From positions 5,332,001-5,396,000 of the forward strand of contig OZ059900.1 of NCBI GenBank assembly GCA_964057225.1: a stretch of DNA of 64,000 nt. Direction: 5' to 3'. Position 1 is the stretch's first letter; each line of letters opens with the position of its first letter. This document shows positions 58,401-64,000 of the stretch, piece after piece. The notes beneath the pieces were generated by a model. The model ran no database searches, had not been told where the DNA came from, and saw nothing but the letters and a program-made list of their open reading frames with translations. The stretch is from Auanema rhodensis (Eukaryota > Animalia > Nematoda). The translations under genes and the position numbers were made by a program.

Positions 58401-61400
58401 AAGAAAGTGATCTTGATTTGTAACTTGGTGCCCGTTAAAGATAGAAGAATACTGTACATTTTAATGAATTCTCCATGGTCATATTAGTCTAAAAACACTA
58501 TCTTATTGTGTTTGATGCATGGTAGCCAGGACTTCCAATTTTATGTGAACAGTTAACTATACCACCTAAGTATCTAAAGAAAGTGATCTTGATTTGTAAC
58601 TCGGTGCCCGTTAAAGATAGAAAAATACTGTACATTTTAATGAATTCTCCATGGTCATATTAGTCTAAAAACACTATCTTATTGTGTTTGATGCATGGTA
58701 GCCAGGACTTCCAATTTTATGTGAACAGTTAACTATACCACCTAAGTATCCGAAGAAAGTGATCTTGATTTGTAACTTGGTGCCCGTTAAAGATAGAAGA
58801 ATACTGTACATTTTAATGAATTCTCCATGGTCATATTAGTCTAAAAACACTAACTTAATGGGTTTGATGCATGGTAACCAAGACTTCCAATTTTATGTGA
58901 ACAGTTAACTATACCACCTAAGTATCTAAAGAAAGTGATCTTGATTTGTAACTTGGTGCCCGTTAAAGATAGAAGAATACTGTACATTTTAATGAATTCT
59001 CCATGGTCATATTAGTCTAAAAACACTATCTTATTGTGTTTGATGCATGGTAGCCAGGACTTCCAATTTTATGTGAACAGTTAACTATACCACCTAAGTA
59101 TCTAAAGAAAGTGATCTTGATTTGTAACTTGGTGCCCGTTAAAGATAGAAGAATACTGTACATTTTAATGAATTCTCCATGGTCATATTAGTCTAAAAAC
59201 ACTATCTTATTGTGTTTGATGCATGGTAGCCAGGACTTCCAATTTTATGTGAACAGTTAACTATACCACCTAAGTATCCGAAGAAAGTGATCTTGATTTG
59301 TAACTCGGTGCCCGTTAAAGATAGAAGAATACTGTACATTTTAATGAATTTTCCATGGCCATATTAGTCTAAAAACACTATCTTATTGTGTTTGATGCAT
59401 GGTAGCCAGGACTTCCAATTTTATGTGAACAGTTAACTATACCACCTAAGTATCTAAAGAAAGTGATCTTGATTTGTAACTCGGTGCCCGTTAAAGATAG
59501 AAGAATACTGTACATTTTAATGAATTTTCCATGGCCATATTAGTCTAAAAACACTATCTTATTGTGTTTGATGCATGGTAGCCAGGACTTCCAATTTTAT
59601 GTGAACAGTTAACTATACCACCTAAGTATCTAAAGAAAGTGATCTTGATTTGTAACTCGGTGCCCGTTAAAGATAGAAGAATACTGTACATTTTAATGAA
59701 TTTTCCATGGCCATATTAGTCTAAAAACACTATCTTATTGTGTTTGATGCATGGTAGCCAGGACTTCCAATTTTATGTGAACAGTTAACTATACCACCTA
59801 AGTATCCGAAGAAAGTGATCTTGATTTGTAACTCGGTGCCCGTTAAAGATAGAAGAATACTGTACATTTTAATGAATTTTCCATGGCCATATTAGTCTAA
59901 AAACACTATTTTATTGTGTTTGATGCATGGCAGCCAGGACTTCCAATTTTATGTGAACAGTTAACTATACCACCTAAGTATCTAAAGAAAGTGATCTTGA
60001 TTTGTAACTCGGTGCCGTTAAAGATAGAAGAATACTGTACATTTTAATGAATTCTCCATGGTCATATTAGTCTAAAAACACGATCTTATTGTGTTTGATG
60101 CATGGTAGCCAGGACTTCCAATTTTATGTGAACAGTTAACTATACCACCTAAGTATCCGAAGAAAGTGATCTTGATTTGTAACTCGGTGCCCGTTAAAGA
60201 TAGAAGAATACTGTACATTTTAATGAATTTTCCATGGCCATATTAGTCTAAAAACACTATCTTATTGTGTTTGATGCATGGTAGCCAGGACTTCCAATTT
60301 TATGTGAACAGTTAACTATACCACCTAAGTATCCGAAGAAAGTGATCTTGATTTGTAACTCGGTGCCCGTTAAAGATAGAAGAATACTGTACATTTTAAT
60401 GAATTTTCCATGGCCATATTAGTCTAAAAACACTATCTTATTGTGTTTGATGCATGGTAGCCAGGACTTCCAATTTTATGTGAACAGTTAACTATACCAC
60501 CTAAGTATCCGAAGAAAGTGATCTTGATTTGTAACTCGGTGCCCGTTAAAGATAGAAGAATACTGTACATTTTAATGAATTTTCCATGGCCATATTAGTC
60601 TAAAAACACTATCTTATTGTGTTTGATGCATGGTAGCCAGGACTTCCAATTTTATGTGAACAGTTAACTATACCACCTAAGTATCCGAAGAAAGTGATCT
60701 TGATTTGTAACTCGGTGCCCGTTAAAGATAGAAGAATACTGTACATTTTAATGAATTTTCCATGGCCATATTAGTCTAAAAACACTATCTTATTGTGTTT
60801 GATGCATGGTAGCCAGGACTTCCAATTTTATGTGAACAGTTAACTATACCACCTAAGTATCCGAAGAAAGTGATCTTGATTTGTAACTCGGTGCCCGTTA
60901 AAGATAGAAGAATACTGTACATTTTAATGAATTTTCCATGGCCATATTAGTCTAAAAACACTATCTTATTGTGTTTGATGCATGGTAGCCAGGACTTCCA
61001 ATTTTATGTGAACAGTTAACTATACCACCTAAGTATCTAAAGAAAGTGATCTTGATTTGTAACTCGGTGCCCGTTAAAGATAGAAGAATACTGTACATTT
61101 TAATGAATTCTCCATGGTCATATTAGTCTAAAAACACTATCTTATTGTGTTTGATGCATGGTAGCCAGGACTTCCAATTTTATGTGAACAGTTAACTATA
61201 CCACCTAAGTATCTAAAGAAAGTGATCTTGATTTGTAACTCGGTGCCCGTTAAAGATAGAAGAATACTGTACATTTTAATGAATTCTCCATGGTCATATT
61301 AGTCTAAAAACACTAACTTAATGGGTTTGATGCATGGTAACCAAGACTTCCAATTTTATGTGAACAGTTAACTATACCACCTAAGTATCCGAAGAAAGTG

Positions 61401-64000
61401 ATCTTGATTTGTAACTCGGTGCCCGTTAAAGATAGAAGAATACTGTACATTTTAATGAATTCTCCATGGTCATATTAGTCTAAAAACACTAACTTAATGG
61501 GTTTGATGCATGGTAACCAAGACTTCCAATTTTATGTGAACAGTTAACTATACCACCTAAGTATCCGAAGAAAGTGATCTTGATTTGTAACTCGGTGCCC
61601 GTTAAAGATAGAAGAATACTGTACATTTTAATGAATTCTCCATGGTCATATTAGTCTAAAAACACTAACTTAATGGGTTTGATGCATGGTAACCAAGACT
61701 TCCAATTTTATGTGAACAGTTAACTATACCACCTAAGTATCCGAAGAAAGTGATCTTGATTTGTAACTCGGTGCCCGTTAAAGATAGAAGAATACTGTAC
61801 ATTTTAATGAATTCTCCATGGTCATATTAGTCTAAAAACACTAACTTAATGGGTTTGATGCATGGTAACCAAGACTTCCAATTTTATGTGAAGAGTTAAC
61901 TATACCACCTAAGTATCTAAAGAAAGTGATCTTGATTTGTAACTCGGTGCCCGTTAAAGATAGAAGAATACTGTACATTTTAATGAATTCTCCATGGTCA
62001 TATTAGTCTAAAAACACTAACTTAATGGGTTTGATGCATGGTAACCAAGACTTCCAATTTTATGTGAACAGTTAACTATACCACCTAAGTATCTAAAGAA
62101 AGTGATCTTGATTTGTAACTCGGTGCCCGTTAAAGATAGAAGAATACTGTACATTTTAATGAATTCTCCATGGTCATATTAGTCTAAAAACACTAACTTA
62201 ATGGGTTTGATGCATGGTAACCAAGACTTCCAATTTTATGTGAACAGTTAACTATACCACCTAAGTATCTAAAGAAAGTGATCTTGATTTGTAACTCGGT
62301 GCCCGTTAAAGATAGAAGAATACTGTACATTTTAATGAATTCTCCATGGTCATATTAGTCTAAAAACACTAACTTAATGGGTTTGATGCATGGTAACCAA
62401 GACTTCCAATTTTATGTGAACAGTTAACTATACCACCTAAGTATCCGAAGAAAGTGATCTTGATTTGTAACTCGGTGCCCGTTAAAGATAGAAGAATACT
62501 GTACATTTTAATGAATTTTCCATGGCCATATTAGTCTAAAAACACTAACTTAATGGGTTTGATGCATGGTAACCAAGACTTCCAATTTTATGTGAACAGT
62601 TAACTATACCACCTAAGTATCTAAAGAAAGTGATCTTGATTTGTAACTCGGTGCCCGTTAAAGATAGAAGAATACTGTACATTTTAATGAATTCTCCATG
62701 GTCATATTAGTCTAAAAACACTAACTTAATGGGTTTGATGCATGGTAACCAAGACTTCCAATTTTATGTGAACAGTTAACTATACCACCTAAGTATCTAA
62801 AGAAAGTGATCTTGATTTGTAACTCGGTGCCCGTTAAAGATAGAAGAATACTGTACATTTTAATGAATTCTCCATGGTCATATTAGTCTAAAAACACTAA
62901 CTTAATGGGTTTGATGCATGGTAACCAAGACTTCCAATTTTATGTGAACAGTTAACTATACCACCTAAGTATCCGAAGAAAGTGATCTTGATTTGTAACT
63001 CGGTGCCCGTTAAAGATAGAAGAATACTGTACATTTTAATGAATTCTCCATGGTCATATTAGTCTAAAAACACTAACTTAATGGGTTTGATGCATGGTAA
63101 CCAAGACTTCCAATTTTATGTGAACAGTTAACTATACCACCTAAGTATCTAAAGAAAGTGATCTTGATTTGTAACTCGGTGCCCGTTAAAGGTAGAAGAA
63201 TACTGTACATTTTAATGAATTCTCCATGGTCATATTAGTCTAAAAACACTAACTTAATGGGTTTGATGCATGGTAACCAAGACTTCCAATTTTATGTGAA
63301 CAGTTAACTATACCACCTAAGTATCTAAAGAAAGTGATCTTGATTTGTAACTCGGTGCCCGTTAAAGATAGGAGAATACTGTACATTTTAATGAATTCTC
63401 CATGGTCATATTAGTCTAAAAACACTAACTTAATGGGTTTGATGCATGGTAACCAAGACTTCCAATTTTATGTGAACAGTTAACTATACCACCTAAGTAT
63501 CCGAAGAAAGTGATCTTGATTTGTAACTCGGTGCCCGTTAAAGATAGAAGAATACTGTACATTTTAATGAATTCTCCATGGTCATATTAGTCTAAAAACA
63601 CTAACTTAATGGGTTTGATGCATGGTAACCAAGACTTCCAATTTTATGTGAACAGTTAACTATACCACCTAAGTATCTAAAGAAAGTGATCTTGATTTGT
63701 AACTCGGTGCCCGTTAAAGATAGAAGAATACTGTACATTTTAATGAATTCTCCATGGTCATATTAGTCTAAAAACACTATCTTATTGTGTTTGATGCATG
63801 GTAGCCAGGACTTCCAATTTTATGTGAACAGTTAACTATACCACCTAAGTATCTAAAGAAAGTGATCTTGATTTGTAACTCGGTGCCCGTTAAAGATAGA
63901 AGAATACTGTACATTTTAATGAATTTTCCATGGCCATATTAGTCTAAAAACACTATCTTATTGTGTTTGATGCATGGTAGCCAGGACTACCAATTTTATG

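Larger units (their letters stand above)
1..64000. repeat. 176-bp tandem satellite array (~363.6 monomers), probable centromeric/pericentromeric satellite DNA; extends beyond both window edges
   Basis: CCGTTAAAGATAGAA recurs at 1, 177, 353 ... 881, 2641, 5281, an exact 176-bp period. The last unit starts at 63887 = 363x176+1-2, matching the two 1-bp deletions seen. Consensus: CCGTTAAAGATAGAAGAATACTGTACATTTTAATGAATTCTCCATGGTCATATTAGTCTAAAAACACTATCTTATTGTGTTTGATGCATGGTAGCCAGGACTTCCAATTTTATGTGAACAGTTAACTATACCACCTAAGTATC(TA/CG)AAGAAAGTGATCTTGATTTGTAACT(C/T)GGTGC. The first unit has 57/176 G+C. The repeat call is certain; the centromeric role is inferred from unit length and homogeneity. Confidence 0.98.
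40626..64000. repeat. 83-mer (14,607 bp) tandem duplication; copy 1 ~40626-55232, copy 2 ~55233 to beyond the window end
   Basis: Markers at a constant offset of 14607 = 83x176-1: GTTAGCT 40781/55388, AATACTCAA 41047/55654, TATTTTATT 45303/59910, 1-bp deletion GGTGCCGTT 45408/60015, GATAGGAG 48764/63371, GGACTACC 49382/63989. Confidence 0.9.

Noticed and set aside
1-64000. Protein-coding repeat gene or long ORF
   Set aside because: Each monomer has stops in all three plus frames (TAA 5, TAG 54, TAA 31/TGA 34 in the consensus; TGA 82 covers that frame in variants) and all three minus frames (TTA 4, TTA 53, TTA 30/72). No long ORF is possible.
1-64000. CRISPR array or other repeat-spacer system
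   Set aside because: There are no unique spacers: the entire 176 bp repeats with only SNP-level variation, and there are no cas genes or leader.
1-64000. Embedded retrotransposon, telomeric repeat or array inversion
   Set aside because: The phase arithmetic (363x176-2) leaves no room for an insertion, and every unit reads in the same orientation.
1-64000. Monomer variant order acting as a code or a programmed diversification system
   Set aside because: Nested duplication, conversion and point mutation explain the order adequately, and no associated enzyme gene or recognition architecture is present.

Overview
The whole 64-kb window is one uninterrupted head-to-tail tandem array of an AT-rich (~33% GC) 176-bp monomer: 363 complete units plus 114 bp, all in the same orientation. 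It looks like eukaryotic centromeric or pericentromeric satellite DNA of mononucleosome length, possibly from a plant, but I cannot name the family or species. I see no genes, RNA genes, transposon insertions, CRISPR spacers or strand switches, and no novel gene-based system. The information lies in the monomer variants. A few SNP haplotypes form kb-scale domains. Private SNPs reveal nested duplications at offsets of 4, 5, 8, 12, 13, 14, 15, 18, 41, 47 and 83 monomers, including a near-identical 14,607-bp duplication carrying the only indel I found. Recombinant monomers are present, C:G/T:A polymorphisms fall at CG and CHG sites, and variants recurrently perfect short quasi-palindromes. All comparisons were made by eye, so boundaries are approximate. 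Monomer positions count from the CCGTT at window position 1.
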